This document shows, piece by piece, positions 9,846 through 18,551 of a stretch of 64,000 bases of DNA. The number at the start of each line of letters is the position of its first letter. Position 1 is the first letter of the stretch. Source of the stretch: Cyanobacteria bacterium P01_D01_bin.156 (GTDB lineage: Bacteria > Cyanobacteriota > Cyanobacteriia > Phormidesmidales > Phormidesmidaceae); the NCBI GenBank assembly GCA_039024555.1, contig JBCCQQ010000013.1:41216-105215 (forward strand). The letters run 5' to 3'. A model generated the notes under the pieces. The model did not search any database. It was not told the origin of the DNA and saw only the letters and a program-made list of their open reading frames with translations. The translations under genes were made by a program, and so were the position numbers.

Positions 9846-11537
9846 ATGCAGCAGCAGTTTATGAAAATCAAATCTGCAGTTCTCCCAATTCTTATAGGTA
9901 TTTGCTCTTACGGAATTTTTCTTGCCCTTTCGAGAGTCTTTGGACCTGATTTTAGTATTCGTAACATTTCTATATTAAATCATTCTGTACTACAGCCTGC
10001 AATGTTTATCGCTGTTGCTGCTGGCTTATATTTGAATGTATCAGAAATTAATACTTCAGAGCTACTCAAAAATAGAGCTGCTATTTTAGCTGTACTACTT
10101 GTTGGTGTTCCCGTAAAAATACTTGTCCCAGGTTTCATATTGTTCGGAGTATCTTCTTTTGGGCTAGGTGTAGCTTTGCTGTGTGCTACAGTCATTGCTC
10201 AAATAGACCCTATCCTTACAGCTCGTAATGTCGATCCCGAACGATTTAGTGAAAAATCTGGAACGATTCTGAGATGCTGGTCCAGTTTTGATGATCCTAT
10301 TACGGTCTTATTCGCCTTTTATGTCTTTTTGCCCCTTTTTTTTGAGGCATCGTCAGGCTCGATTGGTAGCTATCTGTTTGGATTATGTATAGAAACTTTA
10401 GTTTGTGGTAGCACTGCTCGGTTTCTTTATGATGCTAATATTCGCTCCCAAAAGCTAGGGGTGGTTGCTACCTGCTTGAGTAGTGCCCTACTAGGTAGAT
10501 TCTTACTACCGGCCGCTCTGGGGCTAGCCGTTCGTCCATTTAGAAATGAAAGGACTAAAACGACGCTTCTGAATTGGATTTTTTGGTTTAGTGCAGCCGT
10601 GATTGGTGGATTAGCCGTTGGTCTAGATATAAATTGGACTGCTGGCCTTGTTTTGGGCGTAAGCACGTTTGCGATCGCGCAGCCCTTGGTTTCCTTGATG
10701 TTTATCCGAGGTGACAGTCCGCCTAACTTTTGGCGTATAGTCTTTGGGCATCAGAATGGTATGACCGCTATTCTGTTGACAATTGCCATCGAATTACAAA
10801 CAGGGCAAACACAGCTGATGTCGATTACAATTCCAGCAGTTTTGTTTATTGCTTTGTTTTACGGCTTCTCTAATTGGTGGTTAGATAGATATTGGCCCAC
10901 TCCCAACACTTCAGAAGTAGGCTTCTCTCAGAGAAATATTCAATCCTTGATGGACCAACCAGAGGTAAAATCACTAAGCAATAGCTCATCATATTCAGCC
11001 GTAGACAATACGAAAGAGCTAAATAAAATCGTAAATGAAATAGAAGACTTAACTAAGTTGACCGATGATGCACAGGAGGCCCTAGCAAATAGCCATCATT
11101 ACACGGTCACTCAACTAAGGCAGAAATATAGACCCGAACCACTGCTAAAAAATGAGCTTGAGCATGAATTAAAGCAACAGCAGCAGTGTATCAATAGTTC
11201 ACTAAATCATCTTGATAATTTAAAAGCATATCTTTTAGACATTCAAAGGCAAATAATCAAACAACAAAAAACTCTTTCTACAGATGTGCCTAAGCCACTA
11301 CGAGTGGATTTTGATGGAGCTCATAGGTTGCTTATGGCTGTAATCAAACCTGGCCATAGACAGTCTATGAACGCCAAATCACCTACTACAGATGCAAAAC
11401 TTGAAAAGCAATCGCTTACATTCAGCAAAGGTCACGAGTCAAGCAAACCAATCGAGGCCTATACAGCAGACATTACAGCCAGACTAAACAATATAGAGGA
11501 ACGTTTACAAAAGTTCTGCAACGTATCCAATAAGTAA
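9846..11537 (+). CDS. Atypical cation:proton antiporter (CPA1/NhaP-like) with soluble coiled-coil C-terminal extension
   Basis: About 350-aa multi-TM region with IAQIDP (TDP-like) and WSSFDDP (ES..ND-like) motifs, then ~210 aa polar, Gln/Leu-rich tail. Confidence 0.65.
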   Translation: MQQQFMKIKSAVLPILIGICSYGIFLALSRVFGPDFSIRNISILNHSVLQPAMFIAVAAGLYLNVSEINTSELLKNRAAILAVLLVGVPVKILVPGFILFGVSSFGLGVALLCATVIAQIDPILTARNVDPERFSEKSGTILRCWSSFDDPITVLFAFYVFLPLFFEASSGSIGSYLFGLCIETLVCGSTARFLYDANIRSQKLGVVATCLSSALLGRFLLPAALGLAVRPFRNERTKTTLLNWIFWFSAAVIGGLAVGLDINWTAGLVLGVSTFAIAQPLVSLMFIRGDSPPNFWRIVFGHQNGMTAILLTIAIELQTGQTQLMSITIPAVLFIALFYGFSNWWLDRYWPTPNTSEVGFSQRNIQSLMDQPEVKSLSNSSSYSAVDNTKELNKIVNEIEDLTKLTDDAQEALANSHHYTVTQLRQKYRPEPLLKNELEHELKQQQQCINSSLNHLDNLKAYLLDIQRQIIKQQKTLSTDVPKPLRVDFDGAHRLLMAVIKPGHRQSMNAKSPTTDAKLEKQSLTFSKGHESSKPIEAYTADITARLNNIEERLQKFCNVSNK

Positions 11538-11740
11538 CTTTCTATCATCGGCAATACTACAGAGTGCAGATATATCACTTCCCCAATAGTTAAACCTCTT
11601 GCATATCAAATCTAAGATGCATAATCCCTAGTAATAACTCACTGATAGTAGCTAATATGCAGTATGTAGTCATGTTGTGTGGAATGGGGTTCAGCATTCT
11701 AAAATCCATTTCAGAATCTAAATAAACCTTTTTTTTCCTT

Positions 11741-11780
11741 TAAATACCGTTTTTGTACTTAAAATTACCCTAAATTACCG
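11741..11780 (-). promoter_or_regulatory. Operator-like repeat array E
   Basis: On the minus strand CGGTAATTTA-GGGTAATTTT-AAGTACAAAAA-CGGTATTTA, i.e. four units at 10-11 bp period, ~50 bp before ATG 11832. Confidence 0.55.
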
Positions 11781-11831
11781 GTTTTTGCTGTACTGTTTGA
11801 ATTGACAAGTTTATTGGAGGACCGGTTTGTT

Positions 11832-11987
11832 ATGGATAACAACCAAACTGATACATCGGCTAAAGTAGTATGCCAACATAAGCCTGGAGATGTATGGGCA
11901 GATGGTTGCTGTACATCACGTTCAAAAGAAACTAACGAGGCAAAAGCGGGCTCGTTAAGTAAATCTCAGAATGCTACACAAGAGTAA
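11832..11987 (+). CDS. Small hypothetical Cys-containing peptide (51 aa)
   Basis: GGAGG at 11816-11820 before ATG 11832; followed by a terminator-like hairpin. Confidence 0.5.
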   Translation: MDNNQTDTSAKVVCQHKPGDVWADGCCTSRSKETNEAKAGSLSKSQNATQE

Positions 11988-12039
11988 ATTACTATATTTG
12001 TAGCGTTTGTGTGTCTGTAGATGTCTTATATCCGTACGT

Positions 12040-12076
12040 AGGTCCAGGTGTCTGTTTCTCAGATTTCTGGACCTTT
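12040..12076 (+). terminator. Terminator-like hairpin
   Basis: AGGTCCAG...CTGGACCT stem with inner TCTG/CAGA, then TT. Confidence 0.5.
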
Positions 12077-12137
12077 AAGTATGGCGCGATTGCAAAACCA
12101 ATGATCAATATTGCTGCAATAATTTGCACCTCACCCT

Positions 12138-12208
12138 CAGGCTCCGCCTGCTGCTAGTCAGGTGGCAGAGCCACCGCACCCGTTTACCAGGCAGAGCCTG
12201 TGCACCAG
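12138..12208. repeat. REP/MITE-like palindromic element
   Basis: CAGGCTCCGCCTG (12138-12150) and CAGGCAGAGCCTG (12188-12200) are near-perfect inverted arms; related copy at 13373-13433. Confidence 0.65.
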
Positions 12209-12258
12209 TTCAGGGGCCTTTCACCTAGATATTAACGTCCAACCACAGCCCGCTAACG

Positions 12259-12365
12259 ATGGCCAGAGATGTTTTCCATAAGCAGGTCAAAAACGCCCTG
12301 ATCAAAGATGGATGGCACATTACCCACGCTCAATATCCCATCCGCATCAGCAATGGATAAACTAA
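12259..12365 (+). pseudogene. xisH: xisH remnant (internal deletion)
   Basis: MARDVFHKQVKNALIKDGWHITHAQYPIRISNG* matches the XisH N-terminus; an XisH-like tail QWIN* survives out of frame at 12351-12365, overlapping the xisI start. Confidence 0.8.
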
Positions 12366-12688
12366 CTCAGTATCAAAATGCGATCAAACAAATCTTGAGC
12401 GATCATGTCGGCACCTCTCCATCAACCGATACCGTCCAAAACCAGCTTATCTTTGATGATGAAAGAGGACATTACCAGCTAATCTACGTTGGCTGGTAAG
12501 ATAAAAAGAGAGTCTTTGGCCCCGTTTTACACTTTGATATTCAAGACGGCAAAATCTGGGTTCAACACAACGGCACAGAAGACCCTATTGCCCAGCAGTT
12601 ACTCGCCTTAGGTGTTCCAGAGTCCGATATTGTTCTCGGCTTCCATTCAGAGTTTAAACGTCAATTCACTCCTTATGCAGTGAGATAA
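12353..12688 (+). pseudogene. xisI: XisI family protein with in-frame TAA at 12497-12499
   Basis: MDKLTQYQNAIKQIL...GHYQLIYVGW*DKKRVFGPVLHFDIQDGKIWVQHNGTEDPIAQQLLALGVPESDIVLGFHSEFKRQFTPYAVR*: full-length XisI read through one stop. Confidence 0.85.
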
Positions 12689-12718
12689 TGATCAAACTAG
12701 TGAGATAACGATCAAACT
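12679..12718. repeat. 20-bp tandem duplication
   Basis: AGTGAGATAATGATCAAACT / AGTGAGATAACGATCAAACT at the xisI-uma2 junction. Confidence 0.85.
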
Positions 12719-13283
12719 AAGGAAACAACCCTTCCAATTCCAAAACACAATCCCCCATCGGCAACGCCACCGTTTCCGTCGCCAAATACGTCAGCTTTTG
12801 CCGATAGCCATACTCCCCCTGACTATCCCCATAGGGCTCACGGTAAACCTCCAACTGCTGATTCACCAAATTAAAAATCCAATAGTGCCCCACACCCGAC
12901 TCCGCATACAGCGATAGCTTTGTCCCCCGGTCATAGGCCAGGGTCGAATCCGAAACCTCCATCACCACCCAACAATCCCCTGGCCCCGGATGCCCCACCA
13001 AATAATCATCTTGCCGATACTGAGCCACCACCACATCCGGTGATGGCTCACTCTGGTCAGATAGCGTAACCGGCTCCTGCCCCCGTACCGTTACCCGGTC
13101 TCCTAGCAACAAAATCAGCCGCCGCACCAACCGCGTATTGCACACAGAATGGGGCGTACGCTTGGGAGACATTTCGATTAGTTCACCCCGAATTAACTCA
13201 ACCGGCCCATCGTCAAAGAAACCCAGCTCACCCAACCGGTGAAACTCGTCCGTTGTAAATCGCTTGACCGATACAGCAACCAT
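12717..13283 (-). CDS. Uma2 family (PD-(D/E)xK-like) endonuclease
   Basis: VELIRGELIEMSP, SEPSPDVVV, VMEVSDSTLAYDRGTKLSLYA, YWIFNL. Confidence 0.92.
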   Translation of the reverse strand: MVAVSVKRFTTDEFHRLGELGFFDDGPVELIRGELIEMSPKRTPHSVCNTRLVRRLILLLGDRVTVRGQEPVTLSDQSEPSPDVVVAQYRQDDYLVGHPGPGDCWVVMEVSDSTLAYDRGTKLSLYAESGVGHYWIFNLVNQQLEVYREPYGDSQGEYGYRQKLTYLATETVALPMGDCVLELEGLFP

Positions 13284-13372
13284 CTCTAGACCTTTGACAC
13301 AGTTCTAATATAGCGTCTCAGATCGCCACAGGATTATCCCCTTGCCTGCACCCTCGATCATCCACACCAACC

Positions 13373-13433
13373 CTGGTGCCCAGTCTGCGCTTGCGCGCCC
13401 CCGCGCTAGGCTCTGCCTGCTAACCAGGTGGCA
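13373..13433. repeat. Second degenerate copy of the AGGCTCYGCCTG REP-like element
   Basis: AGGCTCTGCCTGCT-AAC-CAGGTGGCA (13408-13433) versus AGGCTCCGCCTGCT-GCTAGT-CAGGTGGCA (12139-12167). Confidence 0.55.
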
Positions 13434-13459
13434 ATCGGCCCATCGTCATCCCAGATCCC

Positions 13460-13582
13460 GTAGGGGCATCCCCTTGTGGGTGCCCTCGATAACCAACCCA
13501 CGCTAACCCATCCGACCATCCATTCAACAATCGGCCTATATCAATCTGATCGAGGGGGTAAGCACAAGGCAATTACCCCTAC
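13460..13582. repeat. GTAG-type REP doublet (GTAGGGGC...ACCCCTAC)
   Basis: GTAGGGGCATCCCCTTGTGGGTGCCCTCG at 13460 and inverted CGAGGGGGTAAGCACAAGGCAATTACCCCTAC ending at 13582; a third degenerate arm near 13331-13360. Confidence 0.65.
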
Positions 13583-13585
13583 ACA

Positions 13586-15379
13586 TCAATACTCCGCCAG
13601 CAGCGTCCCCAAATAATCAAACCCATCTACCCCAATCCAATGAATCACCTGCCGCCGCTGCCCCTGTAGCACCCGCTCAAACCCCTCCTTCCCCAGCTCT
13701 CCCGAAATTACCCGCAACAACCCCGCCCCCTGCCGCCATTCCGACGACCCAATCTGATGCAACAAATACATCCCTAACGCCCCGTACAGCACTGCCGCCT
13801 CTACATTCTCTAACGCCCGCTGCGCCTCCGCCAAATACGTACAGGTCACCCCCTGCAAATACACATTCCCCGCTGCCTGGGTCAGCGGCAAGGCCTTTTC
13901 CAACGTTTCAATTGCCAACCCCGACTGCCCCGAAATACTGTAAGCAATGCCCATACTGTTATAGGCCAACGCCTTGCTCTGAAAATCCCCCAGCGTTTCT
14001 GCCAGTTCTCGGCCTCGCTCCAAATAGCCAATCGCCTGCTCGTACACCGACAGATCCGGTGTATCCATATCCCGAGCTGCAAACACCTCACTGTAGCCAT
14101 AGTTCACCAGGGCATTGGCCTCCCCCGGCCTATCCCCCTGCTGCCGCGCCATAATCAACGCCCGCTGGCTAAAGTTCTTAGCTTCGCCATAATTTTTCTG
14201 CAGCACATGCACCCGCGCCAGATGGTTAAAGCTGGCAATCACACAGGGCTGGTCCCCTGCTTCCGTAGCAATCTCTAACGCTTCCTGATGAAACTCTAGA
14301 GCCTGCTCGTACCGCCCCAATGTCCGTTGGGAATATCCCAGTAACGTTAGCAGTCGTGCCTTCTCTTGAGTTCCTGGCACTTGCTTCAGTGGCTCCCCAA
14401 AGTAGTCCAGCGTATCCTGCAAATATCCACCATCAAAAGCGGCAAACACACCGCCATACAAGGGAAAATCATCCCGCTGGGCAAAGCTACGCAGGCTGTG
14501 CTGCATCAGCTGAAATGACCCACGACTCAGATAAGGTCGACTAAAGCCCTGGGCTAAGCTGGCCTCAATGCTGGCAAAAATCAAAAATGTGGAATAGGAA
14601 AGTTTTTTACCCAGATTTATGTTGTAAGGCTGTTGATCAAACCACTTCACTAAGCCCTGTTTCAGGTAGTGGAGCAAGATTGCCAGCTGCACCCAGCTAC
14701 TCTCATCCAGCCGACTCCAGCCTCTTGCCAGCTCTGTCACCGATTCTCCTTTTGCCAACACATCAAAAAGTTGTTGTGGAACAGCAAAATCTACCCGCTT
14801 TGCCCAATATTGCCAAGGACCTCGTCGCTTTTCTGAGCCAAAGCCAATGTCTCTACCACCGGCTTCGTACATCCAGCTCACTAACTCTCCTTCCAAATTT
14901 TGAAAAGCGGCTAATCCTGAAACAATACCTTTACTCAAAGTCTCATTACCCTCAGCTTCTAGAGACGTTGCCAACTGTTTCAATTGGTCTCGCGTGGGTG
15001 GCTGTTCTTGATTTGGGTCCAACAGTTTGAGCAGGGTGTCGAGCTGTTCTTCTCCAGTAGCCTCAGAAATTTGAGCCGTTACTGTCGACACTTTTTCCTC
15101 GACCTGCCGTGCCTTTTGCAAGTTGGCCCATTCTCCCTCTACCATTTGTAGGGCACGCACAATACGAGGCCCCTTGAAGGAGGTATTCTGCTCCGCTGCC
15201 TGCATCCGCTCTGCTAAACAGCGTTCAAAAATTTCTCCTGTACCTGTGGCCAATCCTTGGTCTAGCTGTCGATATACCTGGGCCTTAGAGCGAATCTTAC
15301 CTTTGAGGGTGGCCTGGATTAGGCTGTCAATTAGCTCAGAGCATTGGGCTACGACGGAATCGCCAGAATTATGCGCCAT
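13586..15379 (-). CDS. Tetratricopeptide repeat protein
   Basis: C-terminal TPR helices (LGRYEQALEFHQEALEIA..., AYNSMGIAY...). Confidence 0.85.
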   Translation of the reverse strand: MAHNSGDSVVAQCSELIDSLIQATLKGKIRSKAQVYRQLDQGLATGTGEIFERCLAERMQAAEQNTSFKGPRIVRALQMVEGEWANLQKARQVEEKVSTVTAQISEATGEEQLDTLLKLLDPNQEQPPTRDQLKQLATSLEAEGNETLSKGIVSGLAAFQNLEGELVSWMYEAGGRDIGFGSEKRRGPWQYWAKRVDFAVPQQLFDVLAKGESVTELARGWSRLDESSWVQLAILLHYLKQGLVKWFDQQPYNINLGKKLSYSTFLIFASIEASLAQGFSRPYLSRGSFQLMQHSLRSFAQRDDFPLYGGVFAAFDGGYLQDTLDYFGEPLKQVPGTQEKARLLTLLGYSQRTLGRYEQALEFHQEALEIATEAGDQPCVIASFNHLARVHVLQKNYGEAKNFSQRALIMARQQGDRPGEANALVNYGYSEVFAARDMDTPDLSVYEQAIGYLERGRELAETLGDFQSKALAYNSMGIAYSISGQSGLAIETLEKALPLTQAAGNVYLQGVTCTYLAEAQRALENVEAAVLYGALGMYLLHQIGSSEWRQGAGLLRVISGELGKEGFERVLQGQRRQVIHWIGVDGFDYLGTLLAEY

Positions 15380-16222
15380 AGGTCAGGAAATACAGCAAAG
15401 AAAATTCTTTCCTAGGATAGCGATAGAACGACGACCAAGGGTGATTCAACCCCTGTTTTTTAAGCATAGGTGATCTGCGTCACAACTTGATTTCTTTTTG
15501 GGGTTTAGAAGGCGCTCTCCCTAAAGGTGTGAGCTACGTAGTGTATCGATGTCAAAAAACATACGAGGATCTACGGAGTTTTCTTAAGGTTGCATACGCT
15601 AGCCAAAACATTTGCCTGGAATAAAAACACGGGAGACTTTCGATAATTCTCTAATCTATCTGTCTGTAAGGCTTGCAATTAAATTCACAAGCACTTTGGT
15701 ATCAGAAACTACTTAGCCAATGTGATCGAGATCGCTTATGGCCTAGAAGTTTTTCAATATCCCTAAAATTTTCTACATCCTAGACAAGGCAATAATCTCA
15801 GCCGGATAGGCAGCTATTTTTTGTGGGTAATGTCATGCTCTTCTTAAAAATATGTTGCAGCTATTGTTTCTAATTGCTAAGGTGTGACCCATGAATTGTT
15901 TGTGATGCCGTTTGAAATGATCACCTGCGCATCATGGCAAGAGCATGTCCACGTCAAAGTCTATTGGTATTTTCTGAACGGCTCTGATTGTTAGTGATAG
16001 TCTTCCTGAATGGTCCTGCCGTTGAGCATTGTTCAGGTAATCGCTTCCTTGATTAGGGATTCTATGTTCTGGAGGTTGGGCATGAAGATCGTTCACTGAA
16101 CAATTCAGCCACCTCAGTAAAGTCTCATTTCTATTTCAACAGTCATCTGAAGTTTTGTGCAGCTATAGGTTTTGGGCTGATTGGTATGGCCCATGGCTAA
16201 TATTGCCTGGAGATTTTTTACT

Positions 16223-17032
16223 ATGGATATGAAAGGAAAGACAGCCCTGGTTACAGGGGCTTCACGGGGTATTGGCCGTGCGATCGCAATTGAATTAGCA
16301 AGACAAGGAGCCAGCTACATTCTCCTCATTGCTCGCAATCTACAAAACCTACGCGAGGTTGCGACAGAAATTAATCGATATGGTGCCCAGGCCATACCTC
16401 TATCGGTAGATCTCACAGAATCAACGGCAGTCAACATCATTGTTGCCCAAGCCTGGAAAGACTATGGTCCATTTGATCTGTTGGTAAATTGCGCTGGCAT
16501 TGCTTACCAATCCAGTTTCCTGAAAACACCTCTAAGAAATGCCCATGCAGAGCTGTCTACCAACCTAATGGGGTTATATACCGTAACCTGGCTCGTAGGC
16601 CGTCGTATGGCCGCTCGCCGCCAGGGTACCATTGTCAACGTATCTAGCCTAATGGGCAAGATGGCCGCCCCGACAATGGCCACTTACTCTGCCACCAAAT
16701 TTGCCATTGTCGGGTTTACCCAAGCCCTTCGCCATGAGTTAGCACCCCATCGGGTACGTGTGGTAACCCTATTACCATCCCTGACCGATACGGATATGGC
16801 ACAACAGCTTGATCGCTTTCGCTGGGTTCTTCCCCTTACGACTGAACAAGTTGCTCAAGGTCTCATGGTGGGTCTAAAGTCTCGACACTCAGAAATAACG
16901 ATTGGCTGGCAAAGCCATCTAGCTCTGTTGTTTCAACGATTTCTGCCCCAAGCGATGGATAAACTTATTGGTTGGTCTGCTTTAGGAACTCTGCAGCCAA
17001 CACCCATAGCTGCATCATCAAAAAACACATAA
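16223..17032 (+). CDS. Short-chain dehydrogenase/reductase (SDR)
   Basis: TGASRGIG, LVNCAG, NVSS, YSATK; GGAG RBS favours ATG 16223 over 16181. Confidence 0.92.
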   Translation: MDMKGKTALVTGASRGIGRAIAIELARQGASYILLIARNLQNLREVATEINRYGAQAIPLSVDLTESTAVNIIVAQAWKDYGPFDLLVNCAGIAYQSSFLKTPLRNAHAELSTNLMGLYTVTWLVGRRMAARRQGTIVNVSSLMGKMAAPTMATYSATKFAIVGFTQALRHELAPHRVRVVTLLPSLTDTDMAQQLDRFRWVLPLTTEQVAQGLMVGLKSRHSEITIGWQSHLALLFQRFLPQAMDKLIGWSALGTLQPTPIAASSKNT

Positions 17033-17084
17033 CAAACCTTACAAAAATAATCTCTTTAAAGCCCTTCTAGAAATTGTTTCTATA

Positions 17085-17129
17085 TTTTCTTCTCAAGGCT
17101 GGAGCTGCAATCTTGTCTTGAGAAGAAAA
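17085..17129 (+). terminator. Terminator-like hairpin
   Basis: TTTTCTTCTCAAGG...TCTTGAGAAGAAAA inverted repeat after the SDR gene. Confidence 0.55.
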
Positions 17130-17743
17130 CACCCTGCTCAGCAATGATTTCAACTTTAGTCAATACCTGAGCCCCTATAGTTTTCAAAGAGATAATGTAT
17201 GGGGGCAAAGACACCCGTAAATTCTTGCTGAAAGAGGTAATAATTTGACGTTAAATTAGTTGAGTTAGCAAGGTCTATCAGTGAGTTTGTTATTACTGCT
17301 TAACAACTGTTCTTTTTGATTGATTTAATAGCCGGTTTTTTGATTGATTTTTAACTTATTTAAATAATCGGTAATGACTATAGAGCATCCTTTTTTACAG
17401 TTGGGTGGTTATACTGGTAGGGTATATCACCCCCTGTATAAGGCTTCGTAGTTACGAGCACGAATAGATAATTGATGATAAGGATTACAGTCTAAGACTT
17501 GCCTAGTAGCCGTCCTGATTCATGAACGTCGATTCGGAAAATCATTATGGGGTTTGGATTGCTCTCTATGAGATAGGAAAAGCGTTTTTGTGGTTTTCCT
17601 GCTGTATGTCTAGAGCGATTCTTACTATCACTTTGATGAAGTGTTCCAAATGTGATGTTGAGGCTACGCTTAGTTTCAATGTTGCGCATACAGGTCCCAT
17701 GACCTAATTGAATAGGCTTTATGCCGGGATTGTTGTTAAGTAG

Positions 17744-18439
17744 GTGACGAATGCCATGGTTGATGTGAAAGCTCCTCCTCCGAGGGATTACATTAACGTC
17801 ATGGAACTTTTGGTGGCAGAAGAGGTAGAGCAACAGCTGCGCCAGCTACCAACGCGTGTTCTTAAGTATGTTAAAGCTGTTGAGGTTGAGACCTATGCCT
17901 TAAATCGGCTGCCATCGCTGTATGCAGCTAGCGAAAAGGGCTGGCAGTCTCAATATCAAAAGGCCAAACGTGAGCTGCATAAAGAGATTAGAAGTTCGGT
18001 TAGACAAGCGATCGCAGCTGTACAGATAGATCCGCTACGAGCCTCTCAGCCGCTGGCACGTCAGTGGTCGCCTTCTAGCCCGAATGGTGCATTGTTAGAA
18101 CAGTTTCGGGCAGCTTTAGGGCAGCCAAATCTAACGTGGGAATCACTATTGCGCAAATGCAAGCGTGCTGGAGCTGCGCAACAAGCCACCATGCATCAAT
18201 CCCATCATCAAAACTCTTCACTGCAATATTCTGCAGGCCATGGGGCGAATGATCACCCGGCAGCAGTATCCGAGACGAGCTATGCTCAACCCCATCAGCC
18301 GGAGCACCATGGCACTGTATGGCGTCCGGGTACTTATGGTGAGACCTCCTGGCATCCCAAGCGAAACCATGGGTATCGAGCACCTAAGCCGCCCTCGGTT
18401 TCGGAGAACTATGACTGGAACGATTCTCGGTATCGATAG
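17744..18439 (+). CDS. ComFB (late competence development) family protein with low-complexity C-terminus
   Basis: YINVMELLVAEEV...VETYALNRLPSLYAASEKGW is the cyanobacterial ComFB signature. Confidence 0.85.
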   Translation: MTNAMVDVKAPPPRDYINVMELLVAEEVEQQLRQLPTRVLKYVKAVEVETYALNRLPSLYAASEKGWQSQYQKAKRELHKEIRSSVRQAIAAVQIDPLRASQPLARQWSPSSPNGALLEQFRAALGQPNLTWESLLRKCKRAGAAQQATMHQSHHQNSSLQYSAGHGANDHPAAVSETSYAQPHQPEHHGTVWRPGTYGETSWHPKRNHGYRAPKPPSVSENYDWNDSRYR

Positions 18440-18488
18440 ACCTCGCTCTACACTGCATAAAATTCTTCTTAAATTCCAGGCCATAGCC

Positions 18489-18528
18489 ATGAGTCCATCG
18501 AATGGATACGCTTATTCGATGGGCTCAT
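18489..18528. terminator. Hairpin between convergent comFB-like and argH genes
   Basis: ATGAGTCCATCGAAT / ATTCGATGGGCTCAT inverted repeat. Confidence 0.65.
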
Positions 18529-18551
18529 AGTTGCTGACTTAGTGACATAAC

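Noticed and set aside
11832..11987. RiPP precursor interpretation of the Cys peptide
   Set aside because: No maturase, peptidase or ABC exporter nearby.
12308..12499. 63-aa ORF as listed in the ORF track
   Set aside because: It is the 5' half of the interrupted xisI (start 12353) extended into xisH remnant sequence.
15699..15712. NtcA-like box GTA-N8-TAC
   Set aside because: Six specified bases occur often by chance, and there is no TAN3T -10 element at the expected ~22-nt spacing on either strand.
17492..17833. Short ORFs 17522-17707 (+) and 17492-17833 (-)
   Set aside because: No motif or convincing RBS; they overlap the comFB-like leader or gene.
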